From the NCBI GenBank assembly GCA_965223335.1, contig OZ244991.1:1056001-1120000 (forward strand): a stretch of 64,000 nucleotides of DNA. Direction: 5' to 3'. Position numbers and translations under genes: made by a program. Positions 1-9,277 of this stretch are shown one piece after another. Source of the stretch: Thermodesulfobacteriota bacterium. Its GTDB lineage: Bacteria > Desulfobacterota_D > UBA1144 > Nemesobacterales > UBA2774. Positions within the stretch are counted from its first letter, which is position 1. The number at the start of each line of letters is the position of its first letter. The notes beneath the pieces were generated by a model, which saw only the letters and a program-made list of their open reading frames with translations, was not told where the DNA came from and made no database searches.

Positions 1-546
1 CTCCGAGTAAAAGAATATGTTGCAAGAGCTCCCTTCACAGAGCTCGTCCTTCTCGTTAAGAAGTATTGCCTCCTCGTAGCCCGATTTAATGGCCTTGCGC
101 CTTGCGACTATGGATTCCAGGTAGTTTAGTGTTTTTATACGCGCGGTTGGGGAACCGGAATATCTCCTTACAGTTGAAATGGCTACGCTCTTTTCGGGCT
201 TTTGTTCTTTGTACCCTCTGATGATAATTAAAATGTGTGTTTTAAGGGAGTTACCATAATAAGTATTTTCTCCCTCGGACAATAGAGAGACCTTGACGTA
301 TGCGTCTTTTATACCTGATGCCTGGATTGCAGCTATGATGTGCCCCGTGATAGTTTCGGGCCCGGGGTACTCCAACTCGAGTGCTAGAGCCCCTTTTTCC
401 ATGCGTTTCATATGTCTATCGAAGTATACTGGGAGACCTTGTTTATATCTAAATGTTTCAAACACTCCTTCGCCGAACTGAATAGACCTGTTATAAATAG
501 CGATATCTGCGGGTTTTTTGTCTAGGAAGCAAAATTCTTGACTCAT
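1..546 (-). CDS. pabC: Aminotransferase class IV / 4-amino-4-deoxychorismate lyase; runs off the window start
   Basis: Absent from the ORF track; manual translation from the ATG at 546 gives MSQEFCFLDKKPADIAIYNRSIQFGEGVFETFR...FDRHMKRM...IKTLNYLE...LNEKDELCEGSSCNIFF, which carries class IV PLP motifs. Lies directly downstream of pabB. Confidence 0.88.
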   Translation of the reverse strand, partial: MSQEFCFLDKKPADIAIYNRSIQFGEGVFETFRYKQGLPVYFDRHMKRMEKGALALELEYPGPETITGHIIAAIQASGIKDAYVKVSLLSEGENTYYGNSLKTHILIIIRGYKEQKPEKSVAISTVRRYSGSPTARIKTLNYLESIVARRKAIKSGYEEAILLNEKDELCEGSSCNIFFYSE

Positions 547-568
547 TTTTATATTGATCCGGTGATAG

Positions 569-1783
569 TTATCTCAGCCCAATGGCTTTTTTAATCGCTT
601 TTGCCTTAAGTAATGTCTCTTCGTACTCTTGTTCAGGGTCCGAGTCCCAAACTATGCCGCTACCGACCCAGAATGTGGATTCTTTAGCATCCGTAACTAT
701 TATTCTGATCCCAACACTTAGTGTAAAGTCCCCGTTGGGATAGAAAATTCCTATCGCTCCGCAATAAGGTCCTCTGTAGTGGGGCTCCAGTTCGTCTATG
801 ATCTCAAGGGTCCTTTTCTTGGGTGCACCTGTGACTGATCCCGGGGGAAACAGGTTTTTTATGATTTCGGTTAATGTAAGGCCTGGTTTAAGTGTTCCCT
901 CGACCTCTGAGACCATCTGGTGTAGTGTGGTATAGGATTCGATCTTAAACAGGTTTTTGACCCCGACACTCCCATACTCGCATATTCGGCCCAGGTCGTT
1001 TCTCATTAGATCGACTATCATGAGGTTCTCTGCGCGCTCTTTTTCACTGCCTACGAGTTCGGCTCTTAATATGACGTCCTCCTGGGTGTTTTCCCCCCGT
1101 CTTATTGTGCCTTTTATCGGTTTTGTAGTAATCTTGTTCCCCGCTTTTTCTATGAACAGCTCCATAGATCCGCTAATTATCTGAAAACTGCCGAAATCAA
1201 TCAAACCGGCATATGGCACGGGCTGTGTGTTGTAGAGGTCCAAAAAACAGTTATAGGGATCGATCTCTTTTGTTAGTTTAAACCGCTGAGATAGGTTTAC
1301 CTGATATATATCCCCATTCGCTATATAGTCCTTGGCTCTTCTAACCATCTCTAAATACTCACTTTTTGACATATTCGAGGTTGGTGATTCGGGTGTGTGA
1401 GGATTTTCACGGTTTGTCTTGTTATGAGTCAGCATCTCGGGAGTTGCTTGCTTCATACCTCCGGGATCAAATATGTGGAAGTAAAGCTCGGGTAGCGCTT
1501 TACCTTCTTTACCATATATCGGGTTAAACCCGAACTCTGTGTATTTCCCGTATTCGTAACCTATATATCCCATAGCATAGTATCCCTGGGCTAGGTAGTG
1601 ATTGATCAAATCGATCGGGTCTTGGTCACTGCTTATTTTTTCGGTATCTGTTTTTATAGTGGTTTGACCGGATTCGTAGATTACAGATAGCGTGGGTTTG
1701 TCGAATATTTTTAAACACCCCTCAGGTGTACCTTTGTTGTTGGGGTCTGAGAATATTGCGGTTTGTCTCTCGGGAGAATCCAT
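569..1783 (-). CDS. pabB: Aminodeoxychorismate synthase component I (chorismate-binding)
   Basis: GDIYQVNLSQR, KPIKGT, KERAENLMIVDLMRNDLGR, FPPGSVTGAPK and GSGIVWDS motifs; adjacent to pabC. Confidence 0.9.
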   Translation of the reverse strand: MDSPERQTAIFSDPNNKGTPEGCLKIFDKPTLSVIYESGQTTIKTDTEKISSDQDPIDLINHYLAQGYYAMGYIGYEYGKYTEFGFNPIYGKEGKALPELYFHIFDPGGMKQATPEMLTHNKTNRENPHTPESPTSNMSKSEYLEMVRRAKDYIANGDIYQVNLSQRFKLTKEIDPYNCFLDLYNTQPVPYAGLIDFGSFQIISGSMELFIEKAGNKITTKPIKGTIRRGENTQEDVILRAELVGSEKERAENLMIVDLMRNDLGRICEYGSVGVKNLFKIESYTTLHQMVSEVEGTLKPGLTLTEIIKNLFPPGSVTGAPKKRTLEIIDELEPHYRGPYCGAIGIFYPNGDFTLSVGIRIIVTDAKESTFWVGSGIVWDSDPEQEYEETLLKAKAIKKAIGLR

Positions 1784-1931
1784 AGAGATTAGATTAACCT
1801 GCGGCTCTTCTAATACAAGACGATAATTTAGAACTATAGTGATTTAATTCACGGCACATTACTTTCGAACATATAATAGCTAGTAATTGCAGAAGGTTAT
1901 GGCTGCGTATGCTTCGGAAGCCGCCTATGTG

Positions 1932-3929
1932 TCAGTCTTGGGTACTATCCCCCGACTCGACCGATTCTCTCAGAATCATAGAGATATCCTTTATCTCCAT
2001 CTCTTCGTTACCGGCGTGCTTGGCGGCGTCTTCAAACATCGTATCACAGAAATAGCATGCTACGGCTACAGTGTCAGGGTTTTTGGCCTCGACCTCCTCG
2101 AACCTGTTCCAGTTAACCCTGGGGGCTTCTTCTTCCATCCATATCTTTCCACCCCCGGCTCCGCAGCAAAAACTCCTTTCCCTCTTGCGGTCTAGTTCTA
2201 CCAGTTTAAGGCCCGGTATGGATTTAAGCACCTCTCGCGGGGGATCAAACACTCTGTTGTATCTACCCAAATAACATGGGTCGTGGTACGCCACTGCTTC
2301 ATTTATCTCTTTGGTTGGTTTGAGCTTTCCCTCTTGTATCAACTGGTTTAGAAACTCGGTATGGCTTATGACCTCGTAATCGCCTCCGAACTGCGGATAT
2401 TCGTTTTTAATTGTATTGTAGCAGTGCGGGCAGTTGGCAATAATCTTTTTAACCTTTAGCTCATTTAGGTTCTCTATGTTTTGGGTGGCGAGCATCTGGT
2501 ATAGGGCCTCTTCACCAAGGCGCCGGGCCGGGTCACCTGTGCATGACTCCATAGGGCCCATCACCGCAAAATTGACACTAGCGTCTGTAAGCAAGCTCAC
2601 TATTGCTTTTGCGATGTTCTGTCCGCGTGGGTCGTAACCCCCGTAACAGCCCATCCAGTATAGAAAATCTATCTCCGATGCGTCCTCTACTCCCTCTTGC
2701 CCAATTATGTTGACCCCGTCTTCTTCCGAAAGCCAGTTGGCCCTTTCGTCCTCACTGAACCCCCACGGGTTTCCCTGCATTTGGAGTTTCTGGAGTGTCT
2801 TGCCTGCGGTTCCTGTGAGCTTGCCCTCGAGTGTAAGGTACCTGCGCATCTCCATGATCTTGCTCATCTGGTCAATAAACAACGGGCATTGCTCCACGCA
2901 AGAGTTACAGCTGGTACAGGCCCAAAGCTCGTCTTCGGTTACCCAGTCGGGTCCGGGGATAATACCGTTTTCTACCTCACCACCGTTTACAAGGGCTTTA
3001 CCCTCGCTAGAGGTGTAATGCCTTAGTTTCACCACAATCTCACGGGGTGAGAGTGGCTTCTCCGTGTGCCATGCGGGGCAGTTGTCCGTACATCTTCCAC
3101 ATTCCGTGCAGGTATACGAGTCCAGTATGTCTTTCCATGTAAAGTCTTCCAGTTTGCCTGCGCCAAAGTGGTCAATATCGTCTGGTATGTTCTCAAAGTC
3201 TATGGGTTTTAACGCTCCCCTGGGCTCAAGGTTCTGGAAAAACACGTTGGGTATAGCTGTAAAAACGTGGCTGTGTTTTGAGTATGGCAGGTAATTCAGG
3301 AACCCGAGCACTATAAGTATATGGAACCACCAAAAGAACTCACGCGAGAAAACGAGCCCACTCTCACTCATACCGCTGTAAAATATGTTTGAAACCCCTG
3401 TGGATACCGGCAGCCATCCGCTCTCTAGTTCTGCCAGCGCAACCTTGGCCCCCGTGTACCCAAAAGCTGTTAGCATCAAACCAAATATCAAACCAAATAT
3501 AACTACAGCATCAAGCCCATTTACCTCTCTTCTCTTTGCTATAGTTGTCCGGTTAATAATACCCATAATTAATGCAATGATTACAAGGAATTGTACAATG
3601 TCCAGGATAAATTCGTATACGTTATGAGCGGTGCCTGGGATGAGTTTAAACCCGGGGAAAATACCTCCTACTAGCAGCTCTATGGTGCCGATAGTAATGA
3701 TCATAAAGCCCCAGAAGATCATGAAATGCTCTACCCCTGCGAAGGTGTAGTTTTTCACCAATCTCCTTTGGCCAAACACATATATCAGTACTTTTTTTAT
3801 TCTCTCGCCGATGTTGTCAAAGCGGGCTTCGAATTTCCCGATTTTTAGCAATTTGATCAGGTTGTATATGTTATAGAAGAAAAATCCAAACGCGGCTATG
3901 ATAAGTATACTAACAATTATTGCTTTCAT
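1932..3929 (-). CDS. Membrane-bound Fe-S oxidoreductase (FadF/HdrD-GlpC-like: TM region, two 4Fe-4S motifs, CCG domains)
   Basis: N-terminal TM helices; CTECGRCTDNCP and CTSCNSCVEQCP; CTG, CPHC, YHDPCYLGR and FCCGAGGG motifs. Confidence 0.88.
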   Translation of the reverse strand: MKAIIVSILIIAAFGFFFYNIYNLIKLLKIGKFEARFDNIGERIKKVLIYVFGQRRLVKNYTFAGVEHFMIFWGFMIITIGTIELLVGGIFPGFKLIPGTAHNVYEFILDIVQFLVIIALIMGIINRTTIAKRREVNGLDAVVIFGLIFGLMLTAFGYTGAKVALAELESGWLPVSTGVSNIFYSGMSESGLVFSREFFWWFHILIVLGFLNYLPYSKHSHVFTAIPNVFFQNLEPRGALKPIDFENIPDDIDHFGAGKLEDFTWKDILDSYTCTECGRCTDNCPAWHTEKPLSPREIVVKLRHYTSSEGKALVNGGEVENGIIPGPDWVTEDELWACTSCNSCVEQCPLFIDQMSKIMEMRRYLTLEGKLTGTAGKTLQKLQMQGNPWGFSEDERANWLSEEDGVNIIGQEGVEDASEIDFLYWMGCYGGYDPRGQNIAKAIVSLLTDASVNFAVMGPMESCTGDPARRLGEEALYQMLATQNIENLNELKVKKIIANCPHCYNTIKNEYPQFGGDYEVISHTEFLNQLIQEGKLKPTKEINEAVAYHDPCYLGRYNRVFDPPREVLKSIPGLKLVELDRKRERSFCCGAGGGKIWMEEEAPRVNWNRFEEVEAKNPDTVAVACYFCDTMFEDAAKHAGNEEMEIKDISMILRESVESGDSTQD

Positions 3930-4135
3930 TAGATGCCCCCCGAGATAACTGCTCTAATTCGCACCAAGAGCGTATGTATGATAATCAATAATTAGCCTAT
4001 TAGTCAAGCCGTTACGACCCCATGTATATTGGATAATTGCGGTTCTATCCAAAATCGGAAAGTGTACAACTGTAAGGACTTGTACTGCCTACCCGATTCC
4101 ACTGTCTTTATGGGAATCTGATGACAAGCCTTGGT

Positions 4136-5269
4136 TTATAAAGAGGTAACGAGTACAGAATTTATGCTGGGTTCCTTAGTTTTTATATCCTGACCGAACT
4201 GTCTGGCGTCATTTTTATTCGTAAATTTCCCTACCCTAACTCTGTACCATGTACCCTTGCCGGGTATTTCCACCTTCTGAATGTAGGCGGGATGGTTCTT
4301 GGATTTTAGGTTCTCTTCCATCTCCTGAGCGTGGTGGAGTTTGGGAAAAGAGGCAATCTGTACTGTGAAGCGACCGTCGGGATTTTTGGTAATGGTCGTC
4401 TCAGTGGTTTTCTGCTGAGTGGATTGTGATGATTTTGAGACTTGAGTCTGCACAGCAGGTTTTTGCTTAGTTGTTTTGTTTGCAGCAACAGCCTTGGTGT
4501 CTAGGGTTTCTACATACATGAACGATTTTTTCTTCTCTTTGTCGGATTTAATATTTTCTTTGTTGGACTTAATGTAGTTAGATTCTGCAATCATGCTATC
4601 TGTGTTTCTTTTGGTTTTGGAGTTTCTCAATTTATCGTAGTGTATGTAGACCTTATCCACGTAGTTAATGGTCTCGGGATAAGGGGGGATTTTATAACCG
4701 TATTTTATTACAGCATTTTCCCCGGCGTTATAACCGGCCAGTGCTAATGTGGTGTTGTTGTTGAACATTTTCATCAATTTGCTAAAGTAACGCACCCCGC
4801 CCTGTATGTTTTGATGGGGGTCATAGGGGTTTGTGACACCGTTATTGATTGCTGTTTGGGGCATAAGCTGCATTACACCCATCGCCCCTTTTGGAGACAC
4901 GGCGTCGGGGTTAAAGTTGGATTCAACCTTAATTATTGCTTTTACGAGCATGGGGTCTACCCCGAAAGTCCTGGCGGTTTTATTAATGTGTTTATCGTAA
5001 TCTTGCGAGTACTTAAAACTTCCTACCCTAGTTTTACTTCTCTTAATGGTTCGTCTCGAGCCTTTGAAGGTACCCCAGGGGTTAGACATTTGTTTAAAGC
5101 TACGGTCCTCGGGGTCTAGATTCGTATAGTGAGCCACCCCATTACGCTCTTTAAAGTAGTAGCCGTCTGCCAGGCTTGTTTCAGGCAGTGTGACAAACGA
5201 GAGCAATAGGATTGCAATCAGTGCTAGAACGTGAGAACCCATCATGAATCGCATACCATATACATGCAT
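4136..5269 (-). CDS. Lytic transglycosylase (SLT domain) with C-terminal SPOR domain
   Basis: Signal peptide; IKVESNFNPDAVSPKGAMGVMQLMP, LAGYNAGE and ETINYV; C-terminal FTVQIASF...WYRVRVGKF SPOR motif. Confidence 0.92.
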   Translation of the reverse strand: MHVYGMRFMMGSHVLALIAILLLSFVTLPETSLADGYYFKERNGVAHYTNLDPEDRSFKQMSNPWGTFKGSRRTIKRSKTRVGSFKYSQDYDKHINKTARTFGVDPMLVKAIIKVESNFNPDAVSPKGAMGVMQLMPQTAINNGVTNPYDPHQNIQGGVRYFSKLMKMFNNNTTLALAGYNAGENAVIKYGYKIPPYPETINYVDKVYIHYDKLRNSKTKRNTDSMIAESNYIKSNKENIKSDKEKKKSFMYVETLDTKAVAANKTTKQKPAVQTQVSKSSQSTQQKTTETTITKNPDGRFTVQIASFPKLHHAQEMEENLKSKNHPAYIQKVEIPGKGTWYRVRVGKFTNKNDARQFGQDIKTKEPSINSVLVTSL

Positions 5270-5364
5270 AGCATTCCCCTATCAGGGCATAGCTATCTGG
5301 GATACAAAGGATTTCTCCTTTCATCCTGATTGAAGAGCGGAATTGTCCAGACCCATCCTCCATC

Positions 5365-5456
5365 TCTTCGGCAACCCAGCTACCTTAGGCATCCTCCAGT
5401 TTACCCTTAGGCCTTTGCTTTGCGTCCTATTCTTTCGAATAGTTTGCCCTTTCGCA
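5365..5456 (-). promoter_or_regulatory. Cyclic di-GMP-I (GEMM-I) riboswitch
   Basis: Minus strand reads GGGCAAACTATTCGAAAGAATAGGACGCAAAGCAAAGGCCTAAG...CCTAAGGTAGCTGGGTTGCCGAAG, matching the GEMM-I pattern (GGCAAA, GAAA-tetraloop P2, GACGCAAAGC, GGCCTAA, GGT-GC-GGGTT-CCG). Lies in the 5' UTR of the SLT/SPOR gene. Confidence 0.93.
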
Positions 5457-5614
5457 TAGAACAACTAAATGTTTTATCCTATTGCAATTCTATAACTAAT
5501 TGGATTCTTTGTCAATAACTATCAGTGTTCATAGACAACAACGATACATACTTAAAGTCGCAATTTAAAAGTATCGCCCCACAGTTAAAGTGATTTGTAT
5601 GGTATTTACGGGTG

Positions 5615-6211
5615 TTAACAATCGGATTTCGTTGTTTTCTTGCTGAAAAAATAGATGTAGGCCCCGACTAAAAACGGCTCGAACCTAACAACCATATTAT
5701 CCACAAACCCCCATGAAAATTCCCATAGGATCTGAGTAAACTTGTTCTTTTTTGCATACCCAAGCTCTGTTAGTGCAGAGTTTATCTGTTGTCCTTCCAT
5801 CGTAAAGATGTATAGGAAATGTACAATTACAAGTAGCACTAATGCTTCTATATAAACGCGTTTTCTATTGACCAGGGGGAAAAACGCGGCCATGATCGCA
5901 AGCGTTAGAGGAACATTAAATGTGTAATTCGATGTAGATATGTCTAATGCAATCTTGATGTTGTCTTGCACACCGAATTTTTTCGCAACGAAAGCGACCT
6001 TTATTACATCTTCATTTTTTTTAAGCTGAATCAAGTCCAAGTTATTTATGCTAGCAATAGACTTAGAGGCCGCTTTTGTCATAGCAATCCCATAGTAGCC
6101 TTTCACACCGATCCACGCAGCCAGAAATGCCCCATACGACACTATGAATATGAGTGCTATTTTTAATACCAGGTTTCTACGTGGTTGCTTGGCTTGGTCT
6201 TTTTTGCTCAT
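5615..6211 (-). CDS. Exosortase H-associated membrane protein (probable)
   Basis: Multi-TM protein with NYTFNVPLTLAIMAA segment; overlaps the 3' end of the exosortase gene. Confidence 0.65.
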   Translation of the reverse strand: MSKKDQAKQPRRNLVLKIALIFIVSYGAFLAAWIGVKGYYGIAMTKAASKSIASINNLDLIQLKKNEDVIKVAFVAKKFGVQDNIKIALDISTSNYTFNVPLTLAIMAAFFPLVNRKRVYIEALVLLVIVHFLYIFTMEGQQINSALTELGYAKKNKFTQILWEFSWGFVDNMVVRFEPFLVGAYIYFFSKKTTKSDC

Positions 6212-6701
6212 TGTTGATGTAGTTTAGATACAGAATGAAAGTAAGGAGTGCAACTGCAATCATCACACCTTGGGCTATGTATATGTGTACAACATCAAAG
6301 AGGCTCTTATGGTACACACCGGTGTATCCGAGCCCGACGATTCTGATTAAGTTTAGTGCCTGGATTACAATAAACCCTATTACTATGCCCATAATCTTGT
6401 TCTTCCAGGTAGCCGGGAACGTGAGCACCGCGACTGCATATATCATTACAGCCTCAAGCCCGTTACACCCGAACTCAACATCGAGCGATATTGAAGGCAG
6501 GTGTATTAGAGATCCCTGATAAGTAGATGCTATGCCCATGACACCCAGGATCTTGGACGTAAGAACCACTATCATATTTGAATACAAACCGTTTATGTCA
6601 ATAATGTCCTGGATGGGTTTAAGGCCGATAAGCAGAAAAAACCCGCCCATCAATAAGATGTATGTAATTACAAACCGTTTAATGCTGATTGAATTTCCCA
6701 T
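6177..6701 (-). CDS. xrtH: Exosortase/archaeosortase family protein (XrtH-like)
   Basis: 174-aa multi-TM protein with the Cys-Arg-His triad context GCNGLEA, LNLIRI, VVHIY. Confidence 0.78.
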   Translation of the reverse strand: MGNSISIKRFVITYILLMGGFFLLIGLKPIQDIIDINGLYSNMIVVLTSKILGVMGIASTYQGSLIHLPSISLDVEFGCNGLEAVMIYAVAVLTFPATWKNKIMGIVIGFIVIQALNLIRIVGLGYTGVYHKSLFDVVHIYIAQGVMIAVALLTFILYLNYINNEQKRPSQATT

Positions 6702-6858
6702 TGATATTCTAGAGTAGTTATAAAGTGTAAATTGATTTTAGAGCTATGGCCTGAAACATAGCATCTAGCGAATAATTATAAAGTATAGAGCTATTATATC
6801 CGAATCACAGTTATTACTTATAATATTAGTCTTAGTAAAAAATGAAGGATTGATCCAT

Positions 6859-7539
6859 CTATAGCATATTGTTTTCGACAAAACTAAAGTACCCGAACTG
6901 ACCTATGATTATATGATCGAGCACCTTGATTTCAAGCGGTTTAAGGGCATTCATAATCTCTTTGGTCAGTTGTACGTCTTCACGCGAGGGCTCTGTGTTG
7001 CCGCTTGGATGATTGTGTACCAAAACCAGCCTCGAAGCGTGTCGCGATAACGCTTCCTCCAAGATACGTCGTGGGTACACAGCCACTGTATCCAGTGTGC
7101 CCACCTGCAGCACCTGGTGGCCGATAACATTATTTTTTATATTCATATAAAGTATCATGAATGCCTCATTGCGCAGCCCTTCTAGTTTGAATCTGCAAAA
7201 ATCTACAACGGCTTTGGGTGCCGATAACGAATCTAATTTCACAAGACTCTTTTCCAAGTAGTATCCTATGAAGTCCTTTGATACTTTGATCAGTGTTGCA
7301 GAGATGTTTCCCATGCCCTGGAATTCTGCCAAAGCACTATGCTCAGCATCGAGGACTCCCTGGAGCCCGCCGAACTCAGCGATCAGGTTCTTGGCGAGTG
7401 GTTTCACATCTTTCCGCGGGATAGCAAATGTTAAGAGGAGCTCGAGCAGTTCATAATCATGCATACCCTCGGCCCCGCTATTGATATAGCGCTCACGCAG
7501 TCGTTCTCTATGGTTTGTGTAGTGAGGCTTTTTAGTCAT
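6859..7539 (-). CDS. radC: RadC-like JAB domain protein
   Basis: HRERLRER, DYELLELLL, KPLAK, HNHPSG and LDHIII motifs. Confidence 0.93.
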   Translation of the reverse strand: MTKKPHYTNHRERLRERYINSGAEGMHDYELLELLLTFAIPRKDVKPLAKNLIAEFGGLQGVLDAEHSALAEFQGMGNISATLIKVSKDFIGYYLEKSLVKLDSLSAPKAVVDFCRFKLEGLRNEAFMILYMNIKNNVIGHQVLQVGTLDTVAVYPRRILEEALSRHASRLVLVHNHPSGNTEPSREDVQLTKEIMNALKPLEIKVLDHIIIGQFGYFSFVENNML

Positions 7540-7665
7540 GTCCTTATTTATATCTGTTATTTAATAACCATATATGTGTAGACATACCACATTATCCGCT
7601 AGGTTCTCATATGTCGAGAATTTAAAGTATATCAAAAGTTAGCATCATGAGTCTCAAGGGGGAGT

Positions 7666-8178
7666 TCACCAAAATTTCTTGGGGTAATCGAAAGTGATCA
7701 GTTCACCCTCACCTCTTTTGATCCCAGACCATGACGAGGTATTAAATCCGAGCACCGCTACTCCGCAGGTAGGTACATTATCAATTCGTTTGTTTGTGAG
7801 TTTGTTAAGCAACTCTGTGATAGTGGGGTTATGACCCACAACCATAAGCACCCTAAAGCTGTTATCAAACAGCTTTATTTCATCAAGTAATTCGGTCCAA
7901 TATATGCCGTATATTTTCTCACTTTGTATTATATCGTGCTTGGCAATCCCCGTCTCAGCTGCTATTAGCTCTGCGGTCGTTAGTGCTCTGACTGCGGTGC
8001 TCGTCATAATAGCCTCGGGGACATAGTCCGAGTGGGCCAAGTGTTTTCCCATCTTAGGAGCGTCGTGCGTGCCGCGTTTATTAAGCGGTCGATCGAAATC
8101 GGACAAACTCGCGTTTTTCCAGCTCGATTTAGCATGGCGTGTTAACAGTAATACCTTCGAATTTGATAAATCTTTCAT
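7666..8178 (-). CDS. sixA: Histidine phosphatase, SixA family
   Basis: RHAKSSW, DFDRPL, TSTAVRALTTA and VVGHNP motifs. Confidence 0.85.
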   Translation of the reverse strand: MKDLSNSKVLLLTRHAKSSWKNASLSDFDRPLNKRGTHDAPKMGKHLAHSDYVPEAIMTSTAVRALTTAELIAAETGIAKHDIIQSEKIYGIYWTELLDEIKLFDNSFRVLMVVGHNPTITELLNKLTNKRIDNVPTCGVAVLGFNTSSWSGIKRGEGELITFDYPKKFW

Positions 8179-8305
8179 GTATTTAAATTCTATCAGCGAA
8201 ATCGGCTCTGTGCTATCTGAATATTTTTAAAATCTACTGTTATAGATTACGCCCTGCATCTAGAGGATTGACATTGATACCTGAACTGGGTTAAATTGCG
8301 GAACG

Positions 8306-9196
8306 ATGACAGGTGAGAGTATATTGAACAACAATTTTCTGGGCCTTGAGGACGAGTATTCCACGTTCGAGGGCTCTAGGGTTGCTATTGTTCAGGTCCC
8401 ATATGAAGGTACGGTGTCGTTCGGCAAGGGGACCTCACGGGGCCCGGCCTCGATAATATATGCATCTAGATCGCTCGAGCTATTTGACGACGAGCTAGGC
8501 TTTGAGCCCTGCTCAGTCGGCATACACACATTGGGGGAGCTTGAGTGCGATATAGACCCCAACCAAGTGGTAAATGCAGTGGAGGGTCTGTGCACACGAT
8601 TGATCGAGTCAGATAAATTTGTGATAACCCTAGGCGGCGAGCACTCCATTACTCTAGGCCCTGTCAGGGCTCATAGGGCATCGGGGGAACAATTTTCAGT
8701 CTTGAGTATAGATGCCCATGCCGATCTCAGGGGTGAGTACGAGGGCACTAAATACAGCCATGCATGTGTGATGAGGAGGGTTACCGAGGAGAGTGTCAAT
8801 GTTATAGAGGTCGGTGTAAGGAGTTACTCAATTGAAGAATCTGAGTTTATAAAATCTACAGATAAAGTGCATATTATTCCCGCACGCGAGATTAACTCCA
8901 GCAGTGGGGACCAATGGATAGAGCGGACGGTAAAGCTGCTGAGTAATAAGGTATATATATCGATTGATGTAGACGGGTTCGATTCATCCTTGGTTCCCTC
9001 AACCGGTACACCCGAGCCCGGGGGTTTGGGATGGTACGAAGTTCTGGGGTTACTAAAAAGAGTGTTCGCAGAACGCGATGTCATCGGTCTAGATATCGTA
9101 GAGCTTGCTCCGCACCCGGGTGTGCTCGGCCCCGATGTGCTGGCTGCAAAGCTCGTATACAAATGCATCGGCTATAGGTTTAATAAATCCAGATAG
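8306..9196 (+). CDS. speB: Agmatinase (ureohydrolase)
   Basis: GGEHS, DAHAD, SIDVDGFD and PSTGTPEPGG motifs. Confidence 0.9.
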   Translation: MTGESILNNNFLGLEDEYSTFEGSRVAIVQVPYEGTVSFGKGTSRGPASIIYASRSLELFDDELGFEPCSVGIHTLGELECDIDPNQVVNAVEGLCTRLIESDKFVITLGGEHSITLGPVRAHRASGEQFSVLSIDAHADLRGEYEGTKYSHACVMRRVTEESVNVIEVGVRSYSIEESEFIKSTDKVHIIPAREINSSSGDQWIERTVKLLSNKVYISIDVDGFDSSLVPSTGTPEPGGLGWYEVLGLLKRVFAERDVIGLDIVELAPHPGVLGPDVLAAKLVYKCIGYRFNKSR

Positions 9197-9206
9197 ATTT
9201 GCATAC

Positions 9207-9244
9207 AAAAAAGCGGGCAGCCCAAATAACTGGGGAGCCCGCTT
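9207..9244 (-). terminator. Rho-independent terminator of groEL, possibly bidirectional with speB
   Basis: GCGGGC-AG-CCCA / TGGG-GA-GCCCGC stem with a flanking A6 run (T-tract on the minus strand), between convergent genes. Confidence 0.75.
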
Positions 9245-9277
9245 CGTAGCTTTTTATACTAACGTTTTTTTCAGGTT

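Noticed and set aside
293..481. 62-aa plus-strand ORF from the track
   Set aside because: Antisense to the real pabC frame (1-546, minus strand).
6859..7539. radC as a marker of a mobile element
   Set aside because: Full-length chromosomal-type RadC among housekeeping genes, with no mobility genes nearby.
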